A stretch of 63,716 bases of DNA, filler included, from Octopus bimaculoides (GCF_001194135.2; 6 parts of 5 records of this genome joined end to end with filler, not necessarily neighbours in it), one strand, 5' to 3'. Counted from the whole stretch's first letter, positions 39,578 through 52,794 are shown. A program made the numbers and translations. Notes: generated by a model not told the origin, from the letters alone.

Positions 39578-40197
39578 GTTTCAGTCACTAGACTGCGACC
39601 ATGCTGTGACGCAGCTTTGAAGAATTTTGGGTCGAATGAATCGACCCCGGTATTTATATTTGGTTTTCAAGCCTGGTATTTATTCTATTGGTTTGCTTTT
39701 GCCGAACCTCTACGTTAGGGGAACGTAAACACACCAACAGTTGTCAAGCGGAGAACGGTGGTGAGAGATAAACACGCACACACACACACACACACACACG
39801 CATGCATGCATTGCATATGATGAGCTTCTTTCAGTTTCCGTCTAGCAAATCACTCACAAAACTCTGGTCGGCTTGAAGGTATAGTTTAAGACATTGCCCA
39901 AGATACCACGCAATGGGACTGAACCCGGAACCATGCGGTTGAGAAGCAAACTTCTTACCTCACAGCCACGCCTGGGCTTCTTACCTAATTTATTCTGTTT
40001 TACTCTAGGCACAAGGCCCGAAAGTTTGGGGGAAGGGCCAATCGATTAGATCGACTCCAGTACGCAACTGGTACTTAATTTCTCGACCCCAAAAGGATAA
40101 AAGGCAAAGTCGACCTGGGCGAAATTTGAACTTAGAACGTGAAGACGGACAAAATGACACCATGCATTTCGCTCGGCGTGCTAACAATTCTGCCGTG
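39578..40197 (-). mobile_element. S2 SINE (39578-39975) followed by an S1 SINE (40010-40197)
   Basis: Family motifs on the minus strand. Confidence 0.85.
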
Positions 40198-40374
40198 GTT
40201 ACATATTTCTCATAGCGAATGTAGATCGTTTTCAGACCCTTGTCCGGTTTCTTCCAAATGCCTCCTCGAAGCATTTAGAATGTCTCGTTCAGGGTACAAC
40301 TCCGTTCCAGAAAATCAAGGACGGTGACGCTTTTGTCGTCCCAGCCGTCACCACGAATGACCATGGGATTGCAC

Positions 40375-41310
40375 CTAGAAAGTTCCCTTCCGAGGGCAAG
40401 GTTGTTTATGGAAGACCAGCAGTCAACCATACATACCAGCCTCCCTTCTCCACGTCACCGATGTTGTCCAAGGAAAAGGCAAAGGGGCCGATACTGCTTG
40501 GCACCAGTGACATCACAACCCATTTCCATAGCTGAGTGAACTGGAGCAACGTGAAATAAAGTGTCTTGCTCAAGGACACAATGCGTCGAGCCCTACCCAC
40601 TAAGCCACGTGCCCTCACTTATGTATACATGTATGTGTGTATATATATATATATATATATNNNNNNNNNNNNNNNNNNNNNNNNNNNNNNNNNNNNNNNN
40701 NNNNNNNNNNNNNNNNNNNNNNNNNNNNNNNNNNNNNNNNNNNNNNNNNNNNNNNNNNNNNNNNNNNNNNNNNNNNNNNNNNNNNNNNNNNNNNNNNNNN
40801 NNNNNNNNNNNNNNNNNNNNNNNNNNNNNNNNNNNNNNNNNNNNNNNNNNNNNNNNNNNNNNNNNNNNNNNNNNNNNNNNNNNNNNNNNNNNNNNNNNNN
40901 NNNTAGTAGGCTTACAAAGAATAAGTCCTGGGGTCAAGTTGTTTGACTAAAGACGGTGTTCCAGCATGGCCGCAGTCAAATGACCGAAACAAATGAAAGA
41001 ATACGTGTATGTGTATGGAGGAGCACTCCGTCGGTTACGACGAAGAGTGTCCCAGCTGATCCGATCAACGGAACAGCCTGCTCGTGAAATTAACGTGCAA
41101 GTGGCTGAGCACTCCACAGACACGTGTACCCTTAACGTAGTTCTCGGGGAGATTCAGCGTGGCACAGAGTGTGACAAGGCTGACCCTTTGAAATACAGGT
41201 ACTACTACTCATTTTTGCCAGCTGAGTGGACTGGAGCAACGTGAAATAAAGTGTCTTGCTCAAGGACACAATGCGTCGAGCCCTACCCACTAAGCCACGT
41301 GCCCTCACTT
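40375..41310 (-). mobile_element. Two S4-type SINEs with identical deleted heads but different tails, plus an S2 3' end
   Basis: 40375-40620 carries a CCATAAACAACCTTGCCC..CTAGGTGCAATCCCATGG tail; 41022-41310 carries the GATCGGATCA tail. Confidence 0.8.
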
Positions 41311-41320
41311 ATGTATACAT

Positions 41321-41369
<49 letters not shown>

Positions 41370-41466
41370 TATATGTATCTATATGCACATGTGTATACAC
41401 TTGTATATATTTATCCTTAAGAAACAAATTACAAAATATGTAAGTATGTGTATATATATATATATT

Positions 41467-41508
<42 letters not shown>

Positions 41509-42595
41509 CGTGTGTATATATATGTGTGTGTATTCAGTGAATGATGTAAGCATGCTTTTTTTTTTATGTATTTTTCTATCCAGTATATTTTATCTACCCA
41601 AACAAACGTTTTCTCTCCTTCTCTCTCTCTCTCTCTCACACACACGCAATGTTTATAAATAGAGCATGTATCCGTATGTTAAACCCTGAGGAAGACCTAT
41701 GTACACCACTACGAGTATTTTTTGTTTGTTTGTGTATGTATGTATGTGTGTGCATATATATATGTATCTTTCTTTGCATATGTGCGTGCCTATAGACACA
41801 TATATACGTCACGTTTGTCTATATATGGCGATTGCATCTTTGTCCATCATTCAACTGTCTTTTTGTCCGTAAGCTGTAGAAAACAAATTGGGGGGGGGGG
41901 GCATAAAAACCGAAAAAAAAAAAAACAATATCACTCCGACTATTTATTTATTTACTTATTTATTTTATCGCACGNNNNNNNNNNTATATATATATATATA
42001 TATATATATATGAACACACATTCTAATCTATATACACACACTCTCCCCCTCTGTAGACGCATGCACACACTCTCCTCTGTATACACGCACGCTCACTCAC
42101 TCATGTATCCACGCTCGCACACGCACACACACACACGCGCACACGCACACTCTCGCGCGCTTTCACACATAAACAACACACAGCCAGTCGTTTATTGATC
42201 AAGCAACTCTCTCTAAGTTACAATGATGTGCAGCAACTAGCTAGCTTCCTCCAGACGATGCCTTACCAAGTGTGAAAACTATTGACGATCAAACCAGTCG
42301 GGTATATATAAATACATACATACATCTATCTATATATATATATATATATCTTGTGATACTGTATATTACATAGAATTATACGGATGTATATATAAATATT
42401 TTTTTTAGAAAGAAGCCTTTCGTTTTGCAGGTAGATGATGAATTCGCACATCGAATCATGCCCCTCGTCTCGATATATATAAATATATACATATANNNNN
42501 NNNNNNNNNNNNNNNNNNNNNNNNNNNNNNNNNNNNNNNTTAATTAATTAANNNNNNNNNNNNNNNNNNNNNNNNNNNNNNNNNNNNNNNNNNNN

Positions 42596-42631
<36 letters not shown>

Positions 42632-44085
42632 ATATACACACATACACACACATATACATACATACACACATACATGTACACAAACACACACATATCCAAT
42701 GCACACATGATTACAGCATGAAAGACACATATTAACCATTAAAAAACACACAATGATTTAACTTCATTTCGGTATTTGTTTAGTGTTAAAATTTTCCTCA
42801 CACCAACTGCAGCCTGGTACAGTTGAAGTGAAGAGAAGTCTTTTTGTGTTTTTGAATGGATGATATGGTCTTCCACTTATTAATCATTTTAGTTTCAACT
42901 CACACACACTCAAGATCAAATCTCTTGCCTGTCAAATACATACCTGTAAAACACACACACACACATAGATATAGGAATAAAATGCTTTTGATAGTATGCA
43001 AAATAATATATTTGTAATAATAATGACATTAATCTGAAGAAGTGAAGGAATTATTGTTCTTTATTCATATCTAGGTAGAGAAGTTTTCAAATTTTTTAAG
43101 CTAATGAAATGAAAAGAAATTTAATGGAATGAAATGAAATCAAATATAATGGAATAAGATTGCATCATTACATTTAAGAATTTGTCTAGTATTTGCTAAT
43201 ACTTAGTAGACAACATCTTAAATGTGATGATGTAGATCTTATATTATTTTTCTTTCTAACATTACATTTGAATTCCTTAGGAAATTTGGAGAATTTCTGT
43301 AGCTGTATATAAATAAGTTAAGAAACAATTCCTTCAGTTTCTTTTTTTTTTTTGCTAAACTAACCATATTATTACTATTATTATTACTAGTGTATTGAAT
43401 ACACACTTTTACATACACACATACATGCACACAAATTTTTATAATATTGCATATATAATATAAAATACATTATATTCTCATACTCAAACATTTTTATAAT
43501 GTGTATGTATGTATGTATGTATGTATGTATATANNNNNNNNNNNNNNNNNNNNNNNNNNNNNNNNNNNNNNNNNNNNNNNNNNNNNNNNNNNNNNNNNNN
43601 NNNNNNNNNNNNNNNNNNNNNNNNNNNNNNNNNNNNNNNNNNNNNNNNNNNNNNNNNNNNNNNNNNNNNNNNNNNNNNNNNNNNNNNNNNNNNNNNNNNN
43701 NNNNNNNNNNNNNNNNNNNNNNNNNNNNNNNNNNNNNNNNNNNNNNNNNNNNNNNNNNNNNNNNNNNNNNNNNNNNNNNNNNNNNNNNNNNNNNNNNNNN
43801 NNNNNNNNNNNNNNNNNNNNNNNNNNNNNNNNNNNNNNNNNNNNNNNNNNNNNNNNNNNNNNNNNNNNNNNNNNNNNNNNNNNNNNNNNNNNNNNNNNNN
43901 NNNNNNNNNNNNNNNNNNNNNNNNNNNNNNNNNNNNNNNNNNNNNNNNNNNNNNNNNNNNNNNNNNNNNNNNNNNNNNNNNNNNNNNNNNNNNNNNNNNN
44001 NNNNNNNNNNNNNNNNNNNNNNTAACTGAGTACACTACCAGCAGTATATTCGATAGGTAGGTTTCCCAACCTCTAACTCTCACAG

Positions 44086-44181
<96 letters not shown>

Positions 44182-44700
44182 TGCATACATACATACAATG
44201 CATACATATATACACACAAGTATGTGTATATATCCGTATCCTAGTGACATTTGGAAAGCTGTTGGATGACAGAAAAGACTAAAATTGTTTTCGTCACCAA
44301 AGAGCCTTGTTTTATTGCAACCTTCAAACTTACAATATTTCATATGAACTTCAATGAATAGAACTGCATTGCACCCTTTATTCTATGGCCTATGGTGTAT
44401 TTTGTGGAAAAAAAAAACATAAAACAATGGCATAATAATATATTAAAAGTAACTGTGATGGGAATTGTCATCACTTAATTGTTGTTGTTGTTTATTGAAA
44501 GAAAATTGTATTTTGTTTATTTCATTTATCTTCCCTCCCCACACCACCAAACTGTACTTTATTTGTTATATCTCCCACTCCTTCCTCTTTTTGTGTATCA
44601 TTGGTAATGACATGATTTAAATAAATGTTTGAATTCTTGTTCTGACTTGTTGAATGAATCCAAATGCATTTATACAGTTCTTCTCTGCATACTACTGCCA

Positions 44701-44766
<66 letters not shown>

Positions 44767-44889
44767 CATACATACACACAAATAAACGAACAAACACACA
44801 AATAGACGAACAAACACACACACACACAAACAGGATCCTATTCATATTAACATGGAAAAATATAGATTTGAAATCACAAAACAGTTTAA

Positions 44890-45438
44890 TGACAATGTTA
44901 TCAGTGTGAATATGCTTCATGCATGTTCGAACATGGGAACAAGCTACTCACTGCATTTTGTTACGGAGATAATATATCTTGTCTGTTGACAAATGGTGTG
45001 AATACACCTAGATCAGCTCGGAGCGCCATCGACCTAGACTGTGAGATGTTAACATTTTGGAATAGTTGCCTCCTCATTGATCACAGACACTAAGCAGATG
45101 GCACTGTGAGCTGAATTAAGAGATTACCTCTGTTATGCTTTTCTAGCCACTGTACGGTGACCAGCAGCACTGTACGGTGACTGGAAAAGCAGAAGAAAGG
45201 TATTCTCTTAATTCAGCTTGCAGTGCCATCTGCTTAGTGTCTGTGATCAATGAGGAAACAAGTATTCTAAAATGTTAACATCTCACAGTCAAGGAAGATG
45301 GTGCTGCTAGCTAATCTCGGTGTATACACACCATTTGTTCTCAAACGGATGTATTCTCTGTGACAAAACACAGTGAGTAGCTTGTTCCCCTATTTGAACG
45401 TGCATCGAGCATGTTCAGGCTGGTAATAACATCGCAAT
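44890..45438. repeat. Long imperfect inverted repeat (foldback), arms ~250 bp
   Basis: Perfect 36-bp core 45071-45106 versus 45221-45256. Pairing continues almost to the centre (two CACTGTACGGTGAC units) and outward to about 44890 and 45438. Confidence 0.95.
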
Positions 45439-47029
45439 TTCACTTATCACTGCTTAGTGCTCCCCCTCCGTAATAGTTTAATAAATATAATTGAAGTTTA
45501 TCTAGAAACCAAATAATGAACTTAAATTTTAAATACATAAAATTAAGAATAAAAAAATATCAAGATTTGATTTGAATTTGCATTTCAAAGATAGATGTGT
45601 GTGAGGTTTATTTTTTTATTTATTTCTAGATTCAGTTTATGAAAATATCCAAAGTTTTATTATTCAAGTAGTGAAATAATGGAAAAAAATATCTGATTCA
45701 CTGAAAGAATATCTAAGTTGAAGTGTTAGGTTGGTCACCTAAACGAGACATCTCAACAGATGTAAAAACAGTAAAAAGAAAAAAAAAAAGAAAAAGAAAA
45801 AATAGATACTGTGTTAGTTTATGGTTTCAACAGTCAACCAGCTGAGGTCATGAAAAATCATTGATTCAACAAGGAAGTCAAATAAGAACAAAAGCACAAC
45901 AAAGAGTGGAATTAACTGCAGACTTGACAAAAGCACTCAAACAAAAACTGAATGAACCAGAAGCTGTGTGCATTTCCTTTTGATAATAACATTCTTAAAC
46001 TCAAATGTACTCACAGACTTTTTCTATGTTGGGAGTTATATTAACTTAATTCTTTAATTCTTTTACATCACTTCGTTATTTCATTGGGTCAGACTTCATT
46101 TTGGTTTATGTTGCATTAATTTGAGACAAATCTTCACTCAGATACAAGACAAATCTCTCTGCCACAGGTTCCCCTTTTCCAAAAATCTCCATTATATCTT
46201 TTACAAAGAGTTAGATAAATAAAAACATTTTAATGCTCCCTTTTCCAACTTGCATCGGTCAGATGAAATTTGTTGAGGCAGATTTTCTACAGCCAGATGC
46301 CCTTATCACCAACTATCAACAGTTTCCAGGTAACATTTCCCATCCACCCAGTCCTTCAAATACCAACATGACAATGGCTGACATATTTACACATACACAC
46401 ACCATGATCAACCAGACCATTGGATGTTATACATCGCTAATCCTGATATGCTTTACATCAATTTAGCTTTTAAATAAGTTGTACTATGTTAGTAGTGAAA
46501 TAATCTTGCTGGTTGGGGGAGCAGGCCAACATCCCCCCTGATTGGAAGGCGAGTCCCTTGCAGAGTGACCTATTTACAGTTGAGTGGAGTGGGACAACAT
46601 GGAATGCAGTGTTTTGCTCAGCCAGCCTGGCAATCAAAACCATGATCTCACAATTGTGAGTGCAACACACTTAACCACTAGAACTGCCCCCCACACACAT
46701 ATTACACACAAGACATGTTTCTTTCAATTTCTATGCATCAAATCAATTGAAAAGGCTTAAGGATTGATTGGCTTGAGTCTTTAGTAGAAGATATTTGTCC
46801 AAGGTGCCACATAGTAGGACTGAACCTGAAAATCACATTCTTAAAGTTTCCTGACCACCATTACAAATGAAACAAGAGCACTCAGAGAATGCAAACCTCC
46901 ACCAAGACAACACTGATGTCCTCTCAATGATTAGCCAGAGATGATTTTTAAAATGATATCTGAAATAAACTTGACTGTTCTCCCAAATGAGAATACTAAA
47001 AATGAACCTGTCTGCTCTCATAAATTAAG

Positions 47030-47222
47030 TAAAAAAACACCTGAAAAATAATCCAAAATCCTTGTCTGGTACTGGATCCCAAAATCTAATCAGTTTGTAC
47101 CAGTCATGAGACGAAATATCTCTGAAAGTTTCATCTGAATCCATCCAGCAGTTTTTGAGATATCTTGTCCACAGATAAACATGATTGGAAACAATACCAC
47201 CACCTTCACTAAAGTGGAGGTA
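47030..47222 (+). mobile_element. Possible Helentron-associated (HINE-like) element end
   Basis: AAAGTTTCATCTGAATCCATCCAGCAGTTTTTGAGATATC...ACAGA, then terminal hairpin CCTTCAC-TAAA-GTGGAGG-TAT. Confidence 0.4.
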
Positions 47223-49336
47223 TCAAGTTGGTTTGAACTCAAAAAAAAAATTAGCTGGTATCCGAACAAACATTTCCCATTTTGTGATTTATAGAATATT
47301 AAGAAAATTCTTTGTAAATTGACTAGGAGAAAAAAAAAAATTTAGCACGATCTATAAGAGTTTCTCAGCAGACATGAAAATTCCTTTCAAATTCAGAGTG
47401 GCTGAGAGTATTTACAAACAACCACTTTGAAACTTGTAGCTTCTTTATCTCTACTCAGAGTATAAATTTGCATTTGTGCTTGTGAATAATACAGAGTATG
47501 GCAAAAAGGCATGAGATTCACTATTCTTGATGAAGATTTCAACTACAGATGGACAGTTTAAATTGGTCCAAACCCTGGCATTAACTGATAGAAAATCCTT
47601 GAAAAACATGAGCCGCATGAAAACACCATTTCCATCTGTTTAACATCATTGATGTTGCACTAATCATCATGATTTCAATGTCTGCTTTTCTGTGCTTGTG
47701 TGGATCAGACAAAATTTTTTGAGACAAATTTATTTTCTATGGCTAGATGCCTTTGCTGCTGCCAACCCATACTTGTATCCAAGCAACATAATATTTCCTC
47801 ATAGCCAGGTATGTTTACACAGACTATGGGAAATGAATGACACTGCTCGTATGACAGTGACACTCATTTACAACTATCATGTAATAGTTGTAAACAAGGT
47901 GAAACAAACAACCAAACACACAATGTGTTTCTTACAGTTTCCATCTATCAAATCTACTCACAAGGCTTTGGTCAGTTCAGGGCTATTGTAGAAGACACTT
48001 GTCCAAGGAGCCAATTTATTGGACTGAACCCAAAACCATGTGGTCTCAGAAGCAAACATCTTACCACACAGCTACTCCTCTGCCTACAATGTTCCTAATG
48101 GCTGTGTAAGATACGGAGTGCTTCTTTGTTGCATCCTGTAGGCTCACCTGCTACAAATTACCTTTGAGGAAATTTCAAACAGCTAGGAGTTTTTAGGGAA
48201 TATTAGTGACAAGGTAACCTGTAGTTCTCAAATATAATCAGTAAGTGGAACATTAAAAACATTCAAGAGTTTTTCAAAGTTCAACCACAAAATAACCAAG
48301 TTATGGGGGTGTATTGTTTAATGACAGATGTAAACATGCTATTGTTTATGTACAGATTCAGTGGGAAAATATACTGCAAAGACACATTCATACACAACCA
48401 GCTACTGAATACTTTCTGCTTACTCAAAAGATATTGTACAACCTGGAACTATAAAACACTTAGTCAATGCTATAGATTTGCACTTGAAACCATGGTGTTT
48501 GGGAGGAAATGGCCATTGCTGCATATTTCTCTATGTCTACCAACCTTTCTAAGATATGCATAATCTTCAAAATGTAACAAAATTGACTGAAGACCCATGA
48601 GTTTAATGCATGGCACTTACCAAACTTTCTTCAAATCTCCAAGCTTAATCCTTATACAAAATGAATTACAATTCTTTATAGAATGAGTGATTACAAACAT
48701 TATTATTGATGGAGCATGTGGAAAGTAATAAGTAAATTCGTTGAGAGTTTGCAGTCTCAATGTCACCTTCCGGTGATGGAAGTTTTTGTTGAACATCCCA
48801 AAACAAAACTGTAAATTCATTCTGAATATAGAAACAAATTCTCAGATTTGAAGTCAGCTGGATAAGTGCTTTGCACAAAGCTTTCGGCCCTAAAATCATT
48901 TGTGAAACTGTCAGTTGATTAAAAATAATATGTGAGTGTGTGTGTGTGTATAATCCATCAGGGCACATGACCTCATGGTTTGGCTGTTGCACACATGATC
49001 ACTAGATCGTGAGTTTGATTCCCTGAGTAGGTGGCATGTCATGTTCTTGAACAAAACACTTCATTTCATGTTACTCCAGTCCCCATTTCAAGGGGTGAGA
49101 GATGATGGCCTGCTCGCCTAGCCAAGTAGAATGGCATCAGTTGAAGGCTATAACAATGCAAAACATATTGTGATTTGCAATGTGTGACAACATTTAATAG
49201 CCTGGTTGTCACATGATCACATGATATATATATATAATGTATTGTGTTCTATTTCTCCTCTTTGTTCTACTAAATCTACACCCACACCCACACACGCACT
49301 CTACCACAGACACACTCATGTATGTACACACATACA

Positions 49337-49369
<33 letters not shown>

Positions 49370-50646
49370 TATAACTGAATGAAATGAGCTTTTAGTTCTT
49401 CAAATTACAGAAACCAATTTGGGAGATTTTTTACTTTTGTGAGATAATATATCTAGAGTCAACATTATACAAATGACACCCACGGGATTTACAGTTATTC
49501 TACACTTACTCCTCCACCTCCTACAATTAATCTCATCCTCTTATAGCCCCAAACTCTCACCATACTCTCCACCCCAAGTTCACTAAATATCAGAACAGAT
49601 TTTTTTATCCACCCACAATTACTGTTTCTTGTTCAAACAAAAACTGATTTATTTCAGTCACAGTCGATTTTTTTATAGGATATAGGCATATATACACACA
49701 TACATGTATGTTTATATATGTGTGTAGGTACGTACACACACACACACACAAATGCATGTAAAATGTGGAGAAAGGTTTAAGGTTTCTCTAAAATGCATAT
49801 ACACATACACACCCACTTCTATGCATAGGTATATATTATTTATGCATATTTAGAAAAAGATGAAAAAATGCTTGTAAATCTTTCTTTAAGACGTTTTTAT
49901 TCTGTATGTGTTTTGTTTTTCTTTATCTTGCTGAAGATAATTATCTATTCATGGAATGAAAAGCAATGTGAAATTAATGTATGGAGAAGGGGAAACAACA
50001 AACATTGTGGTACCACAAAATTATCTCACCACTCACCGGAAGTGTCACACACATTATAAAGAAACTTTTTGACATCCTGGCAAAGGACAATATAAGCAGA
50101 TTTTCTGTACATGACTATAGTCAAGATTTAGCCTCTCTGTTTATATTGGCCATTAAGCTAATTTCTAATCAGATATGTGACCTTCTCGGTGAATATATTC
50201 TCAGTAATTTAGATTAACTAAACTGTTCTTCATGAAATATATATGATTATCCCATACATTTACGTGCACACATGCAAATATACACATGTGCATACAAATA
50301 CATACAGCAATGAAAATAATATATGCACATATACATGTTTACATGTGCACACTACTATGTATTCACATACATGCATACAAACATGCATACACACGTGCGC
50401 ATAAAAGTATGAGAGTATATACACTCATACTATACATATTTGTTTGTACACCCAATTTTGCATGCTACCATAATTTAGACAAGTATAATGTCAAAGCCCT
50501 GTTTCACAGCTAGATAACCTTCCTATCTCTAAAAGAAGGATAGGATTTGAACTGTAAAATAAACCATTTTTAATTCCATCCAATGTCAACCTCCCTTTGA
50601 AAATTTTAGAAAGTGATTACACAGCAAGTTTTCTTTGTCCAAACAG

Positions 50647-50720
50647 TGAAATCTGTCTGGAAGTACAGAGGTGGCAAGATTGAAAATGTCCTCTATAATT
50701 CCTGTTGTGCAGAAAAAAAG
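50647..50720 (+). CDS. Candidate internal exon (KSVWKYRGGKIENVLYNSCCAEKK), product unknown
   Basis: Acceptor TTTTCTTTGTCCAAACAG|, donor AAG|GTATGA, open frame (phase 1 to 0), lies in a CpG-depleted block. No recognised homology. Confidence 0.3.
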
Positions 50721-51774
50721 GTATGAAGAAATGGAGTCTTATCAGGGATAGGACAACTTCTCTGGTACTAGTGATAGAACAAATAGGGGAAATACAGGAT
50801 TGAGGGGGACATTATAGTCTTGCTGGTGACAGGGTATCCTCTTCAGTGCTGGTGCCACTTATTAGCATTTTGATATAATCCAGATCTGGCTAACCACATT
50901 GAATGATAAGGAATATACAGAATTGTTTGAGAAAAACAATTAAATGTTATTTCATTCAATAAGTAAATCCTGAGCTCACTTCATTCGATTTTAGACGGCT
51001 TACAGAATATACAATCAAGACATCTTAATGAAGAATAGATAACTATACCCTTCAAAATTTATTTGTTAAATCATTATTCTCATCAAATTCCAATCTGACA
51101 CAGGTTTCTGCTGGCTAAGTGCCCTCGTGTACTTTCATGCAGCAGTTCTGTGCATTCACTTGATTTAAAATCAAATCCTTTGCAGTTCATATCCGACCAA
51201 CACAGACATTACAATGCAGCATTGTCCACAGTTTTATCCCATGGAAGTCACGTGGTTAAATATACTTATATATTCACCTCTCGTTCCCCCTGATTTTATA
51301 TATATNNNNNNNNNNNNNNNNNNNNNNNNNNNNNNNNNNNNNNNNNNNNNNNNNNNNNNNNNNNNNNNNNNNNNNNNNNNNNNNNNNNNNNNNNNNNNNN
51401 NNNNNNNNNNNNNNNNNNNNNNNNNNNNNNNNNNNNNNNNNNNNNNNNNNNNNNNNNNNNNNNNNNNNNNNNNNNNNNNNNNNNNNNNNNNNNNNNNNNN
51501 NNNNNNNNNNNNNNNNNNNNNNNNNNNNNNNNNNNNNNNNNNNNNNNNNNNNNNNNNNNNNNNNNNNNNNNNNNNNNNNNNNNNNNNNNNNNNNNNNNNN
51601 NNNNNNNNNNNNNNNNNNNNNNNNNNNNNNNNNNNNNNNNNNNNNNNNNNNNNNNNNNNNNNNNNNNNNNNNNNNNNNNNNNNNNNNNNNNNNNNNNNNN
51701 NNNNNNNNNNNNNNNNNNNNNNNNNNNNNNNNNNNNNNNNNNNNNNNNNNNNNNNNNNNNNNNNNCACATATAT

Positions 51775-52055
51775 ATATTATCATCATCATTATCATTCAA
51801 CGTCCGTTGTCCATGCTGGCATGGGTTGGCTGGTTTGACCAGGGTTGGCTGGTTTGACCAGGGTTGGCTGGTTTGACCAGGGTTGGTAAGCTAGAAGCTG
51901 CACCAGGATCCAGTCTGATTTGGCATGGTTTTCTACAGCTGGATGCCCTTACTAAAGCCAACCACTTGAGAGTTGTAATGGGTGCTTTTATGTGCCAACT
52001 GGCATGGGTGCCATTTGCATGACACCAGTATCTGCCACAACTGCTATTTTGCTTG
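51775..52055 (-). mobile_element. RTE-type 3' UTR fragment ending in (GAT)n, with 3x 19-bp internal duplication
   Basis: GGCATCCAGCTGTAGAAAACC...CATGCCAGCATGGACAACGGACGTT..(GAT)n; GGTTGGCTGGTTTGACCAG x3. Confidence 0.7.
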
Positions 52056-52276
52056 GTTTCTTCAGAAACTTATGGCTTGTCTCCGATTCTGCTCTTTTAT
52101 TAATTTTCTCTTCAAGTCCTCTTCTCTTTTAAGCTACCCTTAGTACACAGAGTTTGTACAATCCTTAAGCATACCATGCTTATATATGTGTGCACTCACA
52201 CACATACATATATTCATATAAGCATATTATATATATATATAACAAAGGGATAGGGATTTGGATTCCGGATAAGTAC

Positions 52277-52387
52277 CTTATTAGCATTTTGATATAATCC
52301 AGACCTGGCTAACCACATTGAATGATAGGGAATGTACAGGACTGGTTGTCCATCAAGGTCTGTATGCCTTAGCCACAAGGTCATCAA
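52277..52387 (-). CDS. Candidate exon (LMTLWLRHTDLDGQPVLYIPYHSMWLARSGLYQNANK), product unknown
   Basis: CAG| acceptor (weak) and AAG|GTACTT donor, 111 nt, phase 0-0. The last 63 nt are duplicated at 50858-50920 with only synonymous changes. Confidence 0.35.
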
Positions 52388-52794
52388 CTGCTATTTGACC
52401 AATGGCTGAAGCCCTTCACATGTACAACTACCACAAGTCAGAGCTGGATGCTAGTGGAAACCAAAAAGTAACCCCTAATCCTCCAAAACTCCTAAGCATG
52501 AAGCTCTCCAATAAGTACAGTTTAGAAACTTGCCCAGGACAGTTGTACATCATACGTGATATATATTGTATTATCTCTGAATTTATGTTTCTTATGGATT
52601 TAAACTCGACCCCAGTAGAGGTATACCAGTGATTATGCAGCACCTTTTAGGTACAGGCATGGCTTCTCAACTACATGGTTTACAGTTCAGTCCTCTGTTG
52701 TATCCCTGGGCTAACCAAAGCCTTGTTAATAGACTTCGTAGATAGAAACTGAAAGAGGCCCATTGTGTGTGCACACATATGTATGTATTGAGGG

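Noticed and set aside
41686-41702. CTGAGGA-AGACCTATGT as another hammerhead
   Set aside because: Only the first half of the core; GAAA, stem III and stem I are absent.
44260-44343. CKFEGCNKTRLFG...FCH resembling a Cys-rich CxxxGCxK repeat
   Set aside because: Single copy, the frame runs into CA/TA repeats, and a GTAAGT donor overlaps its start, suggesting intron; probably chance.
45860-45985. Plus frame KSLIQQGSQIRTKAQQRVELTADLTKALKQKLNEPEAV
   Set aside because: Bounded by stops with no usable acceptor in frame; the nearby good acceptor leads to stops in all three frames.
51100-51215. Minus frame CLCWSDMNCKGFDFKSSEC resembling a PAN/apple motif
   Set aside because: Immediately preceded by an in-frame TAA, with no splice site to rescue it.
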